Source of the DNA: an uncultured candidatus Porisulfidus sp.
GTDB taxonomy: Bacteria > Pseudomonadota > Gammaproteobacteria > Poriferisulfidales > Oxydemutatoraceae
Length of the DNA stretch: 64,000 nucleotides
Assembly: GCA_965215125.1 (NCBI GenBank)
Contig: OZ244052.1
Location: 2,080,001-2,144,000 of the forward strand
Reading direction: 5' to 3'
The position numbers were made by a program, and so were the translations under genes. A model generated the notes under the pieces. That model made no database searches. It saw only the letters and a program-made list of their open reading frames with translations, and had not been told where the DNA came from. Position 1 is the first letter of the stretch, and the number at the start of each line of letters is the position of its first letter. This document shows, one piece after another, positions 29,743-44,700 of the stretch.

Positions 29743-29780
29743 TTGCCTACTGATTGCGCATCTATGAAATACACCTCTAT

Positions 29781-32700
29781 ATGAAATTATCGGATAATTT
29801 TTTACACATTATTATCGTCTCGTTTATGCTGTTCACAGGTGAGGCATTTTCCCAAGTTGGAGTTCGCGACAACGACCCTCGCGTATCCATCGTCTCGTCT
29901 TCTGTCGGAGGAGTCTACAAAGGCGATACCATACGATACACGATAAAGCTCAATGCCGTCACGAATCGCAACACTTCGGTTACTTTAGATATTAGGGAGA
30001 GCGGTAGTAGCGATCTCATAGACTCGCGATACGAAGGCATTAGGACAGTCGTCATTCCTGCCGGTAGTACCCGGACTACTCAAACAATCCCTACCAATAA
30101 TATCAGTCCCGGCAACAGGTTGGTTTTTAGTCGCGTTGATCTGCGCATAGCCGACCCGGAGGGAAGGGCGGTATATTCCATTGGTGAACCTGCTAGGCTA
30201 TCGCTTGCCATCGTCGACTCCGAGTGCGGTCACGCCGTCGATGCCGACATAGACGATGACGGCTTAATAGAAATTTGCGACTTAGAGGACTTGAATGCGA
30301 TCCGATATTCCCTAGACGGTAGCGGATACAGAGCGAACCGTACTGCGCCACTATTAAATCGGGGTTGCGACGAAGACGGCGACAACGGTGGCGTTTGCAG
30401 AGGCTACGAGCTCACAAGGAGTTTAGATTTTAACAAAGCAAGTAGCTATCGCTCGGGCCGCATAAACCGTGCATGGAGCGAAGACCTCGGCTGGCAACCG
30501 ATCGGAACAATTTCGGAATCCTTCTCGGGATATTTTGAGGCGAACGGTTTCTCGATTTCCAATCTCTATATCGACCGTCCGATCAAAACCGTCGGTTTAT
30601 TCCGGAGTATTGCGCCGTCGGCAACAATCAATGCGCTGACATTACTGCGCGTCGATGTCGAAGGTAGATCGGAGGTCGGTAGCTTGGTTGCCGTCAACGA
30701 AGGCATAGTTAGCAATATTAATGTAGTGAACGGTCGTGTAATCGGCACCATCGGCACCGTCGGTGGTTTGATCGGTGTCAACAAAGGCACCGTATTAACC
30801 ACGAATGTATTGTTGGACACGGTCGCCGGTGGTGTCTTTGAAAGACATTGTCGCAATAACCGAAGATCGAACGAATGTGCCGAGGCGGAGCAAGTTGAGA
30901 CGGTCCGAGACGGCGATACGGTTGGTGGTTTGATCGGCGATAACGACGGCGATGTAAGCGATAATTTTGTCTCCACCGATGTGCGGGGTGCGGAGCGTCT
31001 CGGTGGTTTGGTCGGTTTTAATTCCGGCCGCCTATTCGGTGGCAACGATGCCAGAGGCACCGTACGCGGCAACGGCTACGCAGGTGGATTGGTCGGTTAC
31101 ACTTTAAGTTCTATCACCGCCAATAAATCGAATGCCGATGTGACGGTAATCGGGAACTACGCAGGCGGTTTAGTCGGCTATGCGTGTTCACGCAAAATCA
31201 ATGCCCGAGAATGTATATCATCAAGAGGATTTATAGACCCCGCTCCGCAAACCCGTATCTCCGGTAGTTCGGCAAGTGGCAATGTCAACGGCGTTGAATA
31301 CATCGGCGGTTTGGTCGGGTTTAGTATCGCTAACACGATTGAAGAGAGTTATGCGAGTGGCGATATAGAGGGCAGTCACAATATAGGTGGTTTGGTCGGC
31401 AGTGCCGAGGACACCGCAATTGAAGAAAGTTATGCAAGCGGTGATATAGAAGGCAGTTATAACATAGGTGGTTTGGTCGGCAGTGCCGAGGATTCTGCAA
31501 TTGAAGAGAGTTATGCGATAGGTAATGTGCACGGTACCGCTTATAGCGTAGGCGGATTAGCCGGTTATATTTCCGGAGGCAATATTACTTTTAGCTATGC
31601 AACGGGTTCGGTTCTAGGAGACAATAGTACCGACCCCGACATAGACAACGATGTGAACAACGTCGGTGGTTTGATCGGCAGAGACGACCGAGCAAGGATC
31701 AGCAAAAGCTATGCCGACAACCCGCAAGTTTCCGGTGCCGATAAAGTGGGTGGTTTGATCGGTATTAAATTCGAGGGGTCGGTCAATGTCGCTTACGCGC
31801 GAAGCCCGGTACAGGGCATTAGTAGAGTCGGCGGATTGATCGGTGATAACAGCGGTTCCGTTGCCTTCGCTTATGCGAGCGGTAAACTGACGGCGAGCGG
31901 CGGCGATGTCGGTGGTTTAATCGGCTATATACCTCAAGGCAGAACCGGAATCGTCACCGATAGTTATTGGGATACCACCGAAACCGGCAGCGGATCCAGC
32001 CGTGGCGGCAGGGGCTTTGCCGACCTTAAAGCACCCACTGCGCCCGCTACGAATGCATCCGAAGTCTATTACCGATGGAGTACCGACGATTGGGATTTCG
32101 GCACCAACACCGAATACCCGGTACTCGAGCCCTCTGTCCGTATAGAGACTATAGCTGTCAACGGCTACACATTGGTTCCCGCATTTAATCCGGATGCGAG
32201 TAATTACTATGTAGTGGTAGGCGAGGATCCAAGCACGATTAGCATGAATGTTGCGGCAAGCGATGCCGATACCGAATTCACCGTTTCAAAAATCGACGAC
32301 AATAGTTCGGTGACGATAACCGGTAGCAATGACGACATACCGATCAACCTCAACGCCGCCCCCGCCACGACCGTGCTGAGCGTTGCCAATACCTATACGG
32401 TGAGAATCATTCGCAGTCTCAACGCGCAGATGACGATCAATGTGCCGAGTAAAGGAGTGGAAGAGGGTCAAAACATTCGCTTAAGTGTCGATAACAACAT
32501 CGAAAATCTTGTTCCCTTAATTTATACATGGAAGCAAATCTCCCCGAACAGCCCGTTATTGATGGGAGGTATAGATACCGGCATCACCGTAGCGCAACCG
32601 GAATTTAACATCGAGATACCCGGTAATTTCGTGCCGTCGGGACAAATCGCGCATGAACTACTACTGAGTGTAACGATAAGCGATGGATTCGGCAATACCG

Positions 32701-35700
32701 CCGTAGCATCCGAAAAGCTGGCTGTTATTAAGCTAAACAACGGCACTGCCGACAGCTTACCCCGTTTAGGGTTTATAGCAGATACCTCGATATTGCAATC
32801 ACCCGATGCCTTACAAATCATCGCCGCAGATCCGGACGGCGAAGCACTAAGCGATGCCGCTCAAAATCTTTTGTATCAATGGCAATTCAACGAAACGGGA
32901 ATCAGCGACTGGACCGACATAGACGACGCAAACGGTGCTGTTTTAGATATCGGCAAGCACGATGCACCGCATGCCCGTTATCGCCTGCGTATAAATTACC
33001 GAGACGGGCAGGGCTACGGTGATAGGCTGATATCGGCACCGACGATACCGATCGTCGATAAAGACCGCGACGGCTTGATAGAGATTTACTATTTGGAAGA
33101 CTTGAACGCAATCCGCTTTCAGGTAAACGGTAGCGGTTATAGAGCGAGTGCCGAGGATAAAAAAATAACCGGCGGCTGCCCCGATGCCGGCTGTATCGGC
33201 TACGAATTGGCACTAGACTTGGATTTTGAAGACGACAACAGCTATCGCAACCTCGCAAACAAAGCCGGATGGACGGTGTCCGACTTCAGCAATATACTCG
33301 ATAGAGGCTGGACGAACATATATCAAGGTACCATCGGATTCCCAAGCATCTTTGAAGGCAACGGCCACACCCTCTACAATCTACAAATGAATGTTACCGG
33401 CGGAACTACCGGTGTAAGTTTATTTGCTAATAATTCAGGTGTGATACGCAATTTCGGCATAGAAGATCTAAAGATAGGAGGTTTGGGAACAGCTCCCAGT
33501 ATTGCCGGTTTATCGGGGGATAATACCGGGAAGATTATTAATTGCTATGTACGAGGCGAAATCAACACCGGAAATGTTAATGTATTGGGTGGTCTTTCCG
33601 GAGGTAACACGGGGGGCGGAGAGATTATTAACAGCCATGCATCGCTGAATATTGTCTCTTCCGGGAATCATCGTTCTATATTAGGACGCGGTATCTTGGT
33701 CGGATATGCAGAAAGAAGTCGTATTATTAACAGCTATGCGACCGGCAAGCTCACCATAACCCGTCATACGGGTACCGGCGGCCTGGTCGGGACGGCTTTT
33801 AATAATTCGGAGATTATCAACAGTTATGCGATTGTGGATATTGTTTCAACCGCCGAAGTAACCGATAGTATAGGAGCATTAGTCGGAAGATTAAGAGGCA
33901 ATAACAACAAAATTATCAATAGCTATGCGATGGGTTCCGTCACATATATCGGTAATCTTGCGACCAATATCGGCGGTCTCGTCGGTTTCGTGGAAGGTAA
34001 TGGCACTATTCGCAACAGCTATTCGGTTGCCGAGGTCGTAACGAATTCAAGGTCTGCCACTACCGGAGGATTGATCGGTAGAAATAATTCCAATATGCCG
34101 ATCGTATCGAGCTATTGGGACACCATGACGAGCGGGCAGGCCGGCGGGCAGCCGGTGAACCGATTCGGCAGAGGCAAACCAACGACCGAGATGCAGCGAG
34201 GTAGCGCACAAAGTACCGATGCCAACGGAGTCTACCACAACTGGAACAATGAGAATTGGGATTTCGGTACCGCCCGGCAATACCCGGTTCTCAAATATAT
34301 CCCGCACCCCGCCCTAAGTGGCGAACCAACTTGCGATGCACCGGGATTGCCCGACTGCGGCACGCTCATCTCGCCGGCACTTCGCTACGGTTTAGAAAAC
34401 TTAGAAGCGGATATCGGAACTTTGAATCCCCCGTTCATTGCCGGAGGCTATTATTTAGGTGATGTTGAGATAGCCGATTTATCTACTCGGAGGATCCGCT
34501 TGATTGCCACCACCGTTGAAGACGATGCCGTCGTCAATATCTATGCTGCAGACGGTCAAACGCTATTGCAATCCGGTTTGCTCGGCGGTGAGCCCAGCAT
34601 GGCGTTTACATTCGCCGATGCCGAACCGACACGCCGTTTCGTGTTGGAAGTCAAAGGTAGCCGAACGATACGCCAGTCCGTTGCACTCACCCGTGTTGTT
34701 GCTCCGACACCGCCCGAGGTTTCCGGAGTAAAGGGATGTTCGGAATTAGCCGATTTCGCACAAGTCAGCTATTTGGAAGAGCTCAATGAGGTAAGAAATA
34801 ACCTAAGAGGCAAATATTGCTTGACCAGAAATTTGGATTTTCAAGACGATGCGAGCTATCTCGATCTGGACAACCGACAGACATGGACGGTGGATAATTT
34901 CGGCAACTCCGGCGATATCGGCTGGCAACCGATAGGGGGTGCTTTCAATGGCGTCTTCGACGGCAACGGTTATACGATCCGCAATCTGCAAATCAACCGG
35001 GATAATATCAGTCGCGTCGGCTTATTCAACGCTATAGGTACCGGCGGCACGGTTAGAAATCTGATCCTCGGAAATATTAGGGTTGAAGCGCATAGAACCG
35101 CAGTGCTATGGGCCGGCGGTCTGGCAGGTGATAACAACGGTACGATATTGAATAGCGGCATCATCGGTGGCAAGGTCGAAGGGGACGGCAGTGCTTCGGG
35201 ACAACCTAATTTCATAGGTGGCTTGGTTGGTAGGAATAACGGTGCCGGCGTTAACATCGGAGACATCTATAATAGTTTCGTGGTAGATACCGTAGTCGGC
35301 GTGATAACCGGCACCAACCCCGACAGTCATAACGTGGGTGGCTTGGTCGGCAGAAATATAAACGGTGGGGAGGTTCACAACAGCTATGCCGAGGTGGTCG
35401 CAAGAGGTTATTGCCATGTAGGCGGTTTGGTCGGTAATCAATTTACCAGTAATCGTGGTAATGCGGATACGATCAGTACGATTAGAAACAGCTATGCGGA
35501 TGTCACTTTAACAGCATTGAGCGGAACCTGTAGAATTGGTGAGGCGCGTGCTAAGTTGGTTGGTTTTAATAATGCTTCGGACATAATCAATAGTTATGCG
35601 AGAGGCACACCGGTAGGTACCGGTCTAATCGGTGGCCGCGTGGGTACTTTTGACATAACCAGAAGCTATTGGGATAGCGGGCCTTCTAATCTAGGAAATC

Positions 35701-38700
35701 TGAGTAGGTCGTCCGCGCAACTACGCTCACCGATCGGCCCGAATGCGACGAGCCCCGAGCTGTACACAAACTGGAGTACCGCCGATTGGGATTTCGGCAC
35801 CGATACGCAATACCCGATCCTAAAACATGCCTCGGGCCGCAACAACAATGCGTGTGGCAGCACAGTTACACCGGCTTGCGGCACGCTGATCTCGCCGCAA
35901 CAACGCTACGGTTTGAGTAGTCTTGTGTTGGCGGGTGCCGACACCTTATCTCCGGCGTTCGATCCCAATCTTCTGAAATACTCCGCTACCGTGACCAACG
36001 ACGACGACGGTATCATAAGATTGACTCCGACTATCAAAGGCACCGATGCCGTGTTCAGAGTTTACATCGACGACGACAAAGAACGGCCGAGATTCGATTT
36101 GAAAAATGGCGATTCTTCCAATGATATAACTTTAGTCCACGGCAACAACCGCATTATCGTGGAAGTGGACCCGCGAGTCTCCGGGGTTGAGGCATTCAGA
36201 TACACACTGGATTTGTATTCCCTAAGATACGGCGTGGAGGATTTGTACTCGTCGCGTATAAAGGACTCTCGCTCGTCTTTTATAGAGATAGATTCGCTGG
36301 AAGATCTCCATGCGATACGCGATAACCTCGGCGGTTCCTACAGATTGACCAGAGATTTGGATTTTCGCAACGACGCAAGCTACGACAACCCGACAATGAA
36401 TAAAGCCGCATGGACGGTAGACGATTTTGCCGACTCCGCCGATACCGGTTGGCAGCCGATAGGTGATACTTTCACCGGTACCTTTGACGGCAACGGTTAT
36501 ACGATATCCAACTTGCAGATGAATAGAGCTGCCGATAATCAAGGTTTATTTGCAAGTATCGGCAGTACCGGTGTCGTACGCAACCTAGGTCTCATCGGTG
36601 TAAATATAAATGGTGGTAGTTCCAACTCTATCGGTAGTTTGGTCGGCAACAATCGTGGTACTATCATCGCTAGCTATGCAGCCGGCAAAGTTTCCGGATC
36701 TCTTAGAGTCGGTGGCTTGGTCGGTAATCATATTGAAGGTTTGATTGCCAACAGCTACGCTGCCGTTAATGTTAGCGGTAGCCAATTTATCGGAGGATTG
36801 GTCGGTCGGAATACCGCACGTATCCTCAACAGTTATGCAATCGGCAAAGTTTCAGGATCCTCTAATTTCCATGGCTTGGTCGGTGTAAGATCCGTAGGCA
36901 GCAGCATTATCAATAGTGCAAGTGGTGCGGGTTCCATCGGCGCAACCTTTTCATATATCCAAAATTCCGTCGTCGGAAGCACGCTGACCTGCGGTGCTAT
37001 CGGTTTGCCGAACTGCGAAGATCCAATTGCACCGCAACTTCGCCACGGTCTACGAAATTTAACTCTAGAAACCGGTCGGATGTCGCCTGCGTTTAGAGTA
37101 AACCTTCCCCAATATGTAGGTGCCGTGAATGCCGAGGACAATGCGATTCGCCTGATACCGACCGCCCGCGACCCCGATGCCGACATCACTATCTATTTAA
37201 TAACCGATCAAGGCAGAACACAAATCGGCAATATAATCGGTAGCGGTGATACCGCTGCACCGATCCTGATAATGCACGACTCGGTCGCTCGTGTCGTCAT
37301 TGAAGTGGATCCGAGTACCGCCGATGCGCCGGTCGTACAATATCTGTTGCATCTACGACTCCTGCCGCCTACCGACATAGAGAATCTAGAAGACCTTTAC
37401 GCGATACGAGATAACCCCGACGGTATTTACAGATTGGCTAGACATCTAGATTTTCTGGATGCTGCCAGTTATCGCTCGGGGGTGGTCGGCACCGCATGGA
37501 CAGTGGACGATTTTGACAACTCCGCCGATACCGGTTGGCTTCCGATAGGCGATACTTTCAACGGTATCTTTGACGGCAACGGTTATACGATCCGCAATCT
37601 ACAAATCAACCGAGATAATACCGATCGCGTAGGCTTATTCGGAACTGTAGGAGCGGATGGCACGATTAAAAATCTAATCCTGAGAGATATTAGGGTTGAA
37701 GCACATAGAACCGGCGAGTTATATGCAGGTGGTTTGGTAGGTGATAACAACGGTATGATATTGAATAGCGGAGTTATCGGAGCCCAGGTTGAAGGAGCAG
37801 GCAGTGTTTCGGGAGAATCTAATTTGATAGGTGGCTTGGTCGGTAGAAATGACGGTAGTATTGCTAACATCGGAGATATCTATAACAGTTTTGTAGTAGA
37901 TGCCGAAGTCGGTGTTATAGAGGGAACCGCTCCCGACAGTCATAGCGTGGGTGGCTTGGTCGGTGGAAATATACACGGTGGAGAGATCCATAACAGCCAT
38001 ACCGAAGGAACCGTAAATGGTCATTGTCACTTAGGCGGTTTGGTCGGCAATCAATTTACCGCCGATCGTAGCGATGCGGACAGAATTAGTACGATTGAAA
38101 ACAGCTATGCGAATGTTACCTTAACACAACCGAGCGGAACCTGTAGAATTACCTTTGCGAGAGGTAAGTTAATTGGTTTGAATGATCGTTCGGACATAGC
38201 CAATAGTTATGCTAGGGGCTTACCGGGGAACGTAGGGCTAATTGGTTTGAGCATGAACGGTGGCACTTTATCCGACAGCTACTGGGATGCCGGGACTTCT
38301 AGTCAAGGAGGTATAAGCAGGACATCCACGCAACTCCAATCGCCGACCGATGCCCGTGGTATTTATGGGAATTGGAGTGCCGACAACTGGTATTTCGGCA
38401 CCGCAACCGAATATCCGACCCTCAAATATACACAAAATCCCGACGACCGCGGTTCACCGGCTTGCGACGGTGCCGGTTTGCCCGCTTGCGGTGATCGAAT
38501 CGTGCCACGGCTTCGTTATGTTTCGCTACGGGATTTAACCGTAGTAGACGGTGAATTGTTCCCCGTCTTCGATGCCGCCGACTACAGTTATTCGGGTATC
38601 GTAGCCTCCTCTGACGCTGTAATTCGCTTAAGCCCGGTTGCAAACGATCTCGCCGCCGAGATCAAGATCTATCTGGTAGACCGCACAGACAGAATGCAAC

Positions 38701-41700
38701 TCGGCAGGGTGATCGGTAGCGGCGACACCAGCGACCCGATTCGCTTAAACCGGTACAACAGCAATCATATCATCGTCGAAATAAGACCGAGTGCTTCCGG
38801 CGTGCCGGCTGTGGAATATCCGCTGTATTTGCAATACCGTCGTGCAAGTGAGATAGAATCACTGGAAGATCTCTATGCGATACGCAACAACCTCAACGGT
38901 GCCTACAGACTAAGCAAAAATCTAGATTTTGATGACGATGCGAGTTATCGCTTCCCGGAGTTCAAAGCCAACTGGACGGTGGACAATTATAACGATGCCG
39001 CCGATCTCGGCTGGATACCGATAGGCGATGAAACAAAGCCGTTTACCGGTAGTTTTGACGGCAACGGCTATACGATTTCCAATCTGCAAATCAATAACAA
39101 CGACGAAAGTATATACAAAGGCTTGTTTGGAGTCGTCGGCAGATCGGCGACGGTTCGCAATCTCGGCTTATTGGATGCCGAAATAGAAGTCATACAAGTT
39201 CGCGAGGGAGAAGATCTCTTTGTAAATCCCGGTGTCGGTGTCGGCACTTTGACGGGTAAGAATGACGGCACCGTCATCGACAGTTATGCGCACGGTGTAA
39301 TTCGCGGTGATGTAGGCCTGGGCGGGTTGGTTGGTTTCAACAGCCGCAGCGGCGAAATTCTCAATAGCTACGCGGTGTGTACTATTACGGCACGAGGTGT
39401 CGATATCGGTGGTTTAGTCGGCTATAGCGAAGGTCGTATAGGTAATAGCTATGCGGCGGGCATAATCACCGGCAGTTCCTTTAGGGTCGGTGGCTTGCTT
39501 GGTGTAGGACTCTCGGCTTCGGTTCTCTACAACAGTTATGCGGATAGTTTTATTTCAAGTATAGGTTCGGTCGGCGGCTTGATCGGCTTCGATGAAGAAG
39601 GAGGTGCCAGAGATGTTTATGCCTCCGGTATAGTTTCCGGAATTAGGGACGATACCGGTGGATTAGTGGGGGTTAGTGAAGCCGGTCGCTATATCAATAG
39701 TTACAGTATCAGCGAGGTTGCAGGCGGTGTCGAAGATGGCACAAACATCTCTCTCGAAGGTGGCTTGTTTTCTCGTACTAATCGTGCCACGATAGAAAAT
39801 AGCTACTTCGCTGATTCGTCTTTACCTATCGTAGTAGATTCACCTGAAGTTAACTTACGAAACATCAATTCCTCGGTATTCACCCCGGCCGAGTTGCGAG
39901 CCGCTACGGCTCAATCCACAAATGCAAGCGATGTTTATTACCGATGGAGCGATGATAACTGGGATTTCGGCGATACCACCCAATACCCGGTCCTCAGATA
40001 TGCTCCGAATGTCGGCGGTCGCACCACAGCGTGCGACGGCGACGGTTTGCCGAATTGCGGCGATGTGATACCGCGCCGTGCGTTAAGTGCATTGCGCATA
40101 GTGGACGGTAAAGGTCGCTTTGATTCATTTGTTTTTGACCCTCGCTATCGGTTCCATAGCGGTGTGATAGAAAGCAGTACCGATATGACACAACTGGTTG
40201 CGGTTGCCGCAAGCACCGATGCCCGAATTACCTTCGTCTCCTTTGACACATCGGGCAACGAGACCGGGCGTAGTACACCGATGCGTAGCGGTCGCGAAGG
40301 CGTGCTTAGCGCAGATATTAGCTTGAGTGAAACCGAGGCGACTCACGTTGCGATAGAAGTGATCACTCCCGGCAGCGTCGATCGGTATCATTTATCGCTA
40401 CGCTATCGGCATATTCCGGTGGATCAAGACGATAATTTTTATACCAAAATCGATACGCTGGATGATCTCAATGCGATACGCAATAACCTTGACGGTTCTT
40501 ACCTATTGACCAGACATTTGGATTTCAACGACGATGCGAGCTATCGCAACCCCTCGTTCAAAAACTCTTGGACGGTGGCGGACTTTGCCGACAATGCCGA
40601 TTTCGGCTGGATACCGATAGGCAGTACCAACAACGGGTTTACCGGTACCTTTGACGGCAACGGTTATACGATCTCGGGCTTGCAAATCAACCGAGACAAC
40701 TCAAGTAATCAAGGTTTATTCGCTTTTATCGGCGACAACGGTATTGTGCGCGACCTCGGTCTGCTTGATGTGAAAATAGATGCCGGCAACACGGTCGGCG
40801 CACTGGCGGCTAACAGCCGAGGCACAATCATCGGCAGTTTTGTAGTCGGCGAGATAACTGCTAGGGGAATTTATGCAGGCGGTTTGGTCGGCTTGGCACA
40901 GTCTGCAACCGACTATATTATAAATAGTTATGCGGTGGTTAATATAGAAGCGGTCGGTAGCGGAGCCAAATCCGGTTATGGTGGCTTGGTAGGCGTTTCT
41001 CTGGGCGACACGAGGATTATTAACAGCTTTGCGCATGGCACAATCGTCGGCAGCATTGACGATGCGGGCGGTCTATTTGGGAGTACTTTTTTAAGTTCTA
41101 GAGTAAAAACAATCCAAAATAGCTATGCAACCGTTGATATTAGAGCGAATAACAAAGCCGGGGGACTCGTAGGATTATCCGCTGCGAATGACTCAATCGT
41201 CAATAGCTATGCGACCGGTTCGGTGCATGCCGATACGAATGTGGGAGGTGGTTTAGTCGGTTCCATAGAAGGGGACACATTCTTTAACAATGTGGTTGAT
41301 AAGAGCTATGCGATATCCGGAGTGACGGGTGGCAGCAACCTCGGTGGTTTGATCGGTGCCACTAGCGGCACCCGTGTCACCGTTGACAACAGCTATTGGG
41401 ATATCCAAACCAACAGACTGGATACGAGTGCCGGCGGCACCGGCAGAACTACGACGGAACTGCAATCGCCGATCACCAATAGCGGTATTTATTCCAGCTG
41501 GAGTACCGCCGACTGGGATTTCGGCAATGCTAGGCAATACCCGATCCTCAAATACACCCAAAATTCCGAGACCGGCGATGCTAGAGCTTGCGATGGCGAC
41601 GGTCTGCCGAACTGTGGCAATCCGATCTCACCACAAATTCGCAATGGTCTGAAAGATTTAACTCTAGCGGGTGGTGTCGAGTTATCCCCACCTTTCGGTA

Positions 41701-44700
41701 TTAAACATAGTAGTCTAATCGGTGGTTATTCGGGTAGCGTCAATGCCAACCCTATCCGCATAATCCCGACGGCGATGCAAGACAATGCGAACATCAACAT
41801 CTATATAGACACCGTCAACGACAAGCGTAGGCCAGACCAAAGAATTATCAAGGATGTTTTCGGTTTCAGCGATGCGATTAGTGCGCCGATCACCTTGCGC
41901 GAAGACGGCATCAACCGCATCGTCTTGGAAATCGTCGGCACCGAGACGGTGTACTATCCGCTCTATATACGCTACATAGGCGACAGTATGTCGGCGACGG
42001 ACCGCAACGGAGACGGTTTCATCGATATCTATTATTTGGAGCATCTCGCTGAGATAAGAAATAATTTAGGCGGTACATATAAGTTAATGCGCGATCTAGA
42101 TTTTGAGGATCCGGACAGCTACCTTGCCGGTGCAATCAATCGCCAATGGGTTGTGCGAGACTTCGGTAATACAACCGATACCGGTTGGACACCGATAGGC
42201 AGTCATACCGGACGATTTAACGGCACCTTTGACGGCAACGGTTTTGTAATATCCAATTTGCAGATCAATAGGGACGATACGAATGATCAGGGTCTGTTCG
42301 GCAATATAGATAGCAACGCTGTCGTAAGCGACCTCGGTTTGAGCGACCTAACTATAGAGGGTGATCAGTACCTCGGTGCCTTCGGCGGTACAAACCGAGG
42401 CATCATCATCGGGAGCCATGCGACCGGCAGTGTCAAAGGAAACCAATATGTCGGCGGTTTGGTAGGCGATAATCTTGAGGCAGCTCGGATTATCAACAGC
42501 TATGCTGCCGTTAATGTCGGGGGCGAATCGACTGTCGGAGGATTGGTTGCTCGTAGTGATGCTCTCATCATCAACAGTTATGCGACCGGCACCGTCTCGG
42601 GTGAGCGATCGCTCGGTGGCTTGGTCGGCTTACAACGAAATGGTCAAATCGGAAATAGTTATGCAACCGGTGATGTGAGTACCGGCGTAGTCAACGAAGG
42701 CAATAATACATTTGAATTCGTAGGCGGTTTGGTAGGTCTAAAGGATGTCAACGGCGAAATTAGAGACAGTTATGCCACCGGGTCGGTCGGCGGTGTAAAT
42801 ACAGCTAGAGTGGGCGGCCTCGCCGGTAGATCAGCCGGCAACACAGCAAGAATTAGCAATAGTTATGCGACCGGTAGCGTGGTTGGCAGCGGAGGATCAC
42901 AAGGTGGTTTAGTCGGAGAAGGGGCGTCAATAACTGTCCGCGACGGCTATTGGAATAACCAAACCAGTGGGTTGGATGCCAGTGCCGCCGGCACCGGAAA
43001 AACTACGATGGAACTGCAATTGCCGACCATGGCTACCGGTATTTATGCGAATTGGAGCATCGATAACTGGGATTTCGGTAGCAGTATAGAATACCCGATA
43101 CTCAAATACATCCGAAATCCCGACAGCAACGGTCGGCGGATTTGCAACGGCAACGGTCTGCCGAACTGCGGTGATCTAATCGGAGGACAAATCCGCGACG
43201 GCCGATTACCGATAGATCGCGACGCAAACGGGTTCACCGAAATCTATTATCTGGATAACCTTCATGCCATCGGTACTAGCACCTCCACTTTAGCGGGTCG
43301 ATACGAATTGATGCGCGACCTCAATTTTGACGATCCGAGCAGCTACTTTGCAGGTGAAATAAACCGCGACTGGGTCGTAGTAGACTTCGCTAATACGACC
43401 GATACCGGTTGGCTGCCGATAGGCGGCATAACAACCCCGTTCACCGGCGAGTTTAACGGCAACGGCTACACAATCGAGCGTCTACAGATCAACCGAAGCG
43501 GTCAAAATAATCAAGGCTTATTCGGTGTGATCGACAGTAGCGGTGTCGTACGCAATCTGGGTCTGTCGAATTTGAGGGTAGCAGCCGGTTCGCGGATCGG
43601 TGGTATAGCCGGCACTCTTCGCGGTAAAATTGTCAACAGTTATGCGACCGGAGCGGTGTCCGGTGTCGGTGATGTCGGTGGTATCGTCGGGGTCGCTGCC
43701 GGCACCGGCGTTATCGTCAATAGCCGTAGCGGTATTCGGTTGTCGGCAACCGGAATAAATGCCGGTGGCATGCTCGGTAGATGCAACAACGGTTGCACGA
43801 TATTGAACAGTTTTGCGGTCGGTTCGGTTGCGGGGATCGGTACGAACGAGGACAACATCGGAGGCTTTGTCGGTAGGGCGGAAGCTACATCTAACATCGG
43901 CAACAACTATGCGTGGGTCGATGTGAGTGGTGGGCCGTTTCAAACTTTATTAAAAGTTAATGCCAACGGCGGATTTTTTGGTGCGTTATCCATTAACAAC
44001 AATAATGTATCGGTAAATGCCAATTATTCAATCGGGCCGTCGAGCCTCGCTTATGCCGGTCGTCAAAGGAGTATAGTAGCAACTATTAATATTGCCAGAG
44101 CGAATTATTATAATTCAGATACTGTTGAACCAAATTCAGCACCTTCGCCGCAAGTATTCGCAGGCAGAACGATGCGACAACTGCGTACACCGACCGAAGC
44201 CGGTAGAAACTCGGGTCAGATTTATTACCGTTGGAGTCCTGCCGATTGGGATTTCGGCACTGAGATGCAATACCCGCTTCTCAAATATACCGCAGCGACC
44301 GATGTGCTGGGTCGCTCGGCGTGTCGCAGTGCCGGAGATGCCCCATCGCGCCTGCCGATGTGCGGCACCCTGATTGCCCCCAAAACACGTTACGGCTTAA
44401 GCGCACTCACCGCTCGCTATGCACAACTCACCACACCCTTCGACGACGCATTATCGGATATCGGCGGTGCTTATTACACCACGGTGCTCAACGATGTGCC
44501 GCGCATGCGACTGGTTGCCACGACACGCGAAGCAACCGCCACCTATAGCGTCTATATCGGCGGTGTCCGAACACCCGAGAATATGGATATTGAAAACGGT
44601 GCTATCAGTGGCGAGATTGTGCTGGCCGCCGACGGCACCACCGAAGTCGTCATTGTGGTTCACGGCACTCGCACGGTGCGCTATACGCTCTATTTGGATT

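Noticed and set aside
29421-29780. tRNA-anchored genomic island carrying the giant gene
   Set aside because: No integrase and no duplicated tRNA 3' end are visible, and the giant gene lies on the 5' side of the tRNA. A 9-bp inverted match (atgcatagg/cctatgcat) flanking the tRNA is too short to support anything.
34880-38430. Diversity-generating retroelement TR/VR pair
   Set aside because: Both copies are coding parts of the same ORF, the differences are not restricted to adenines, and no reverse transcriptase is present in the window.
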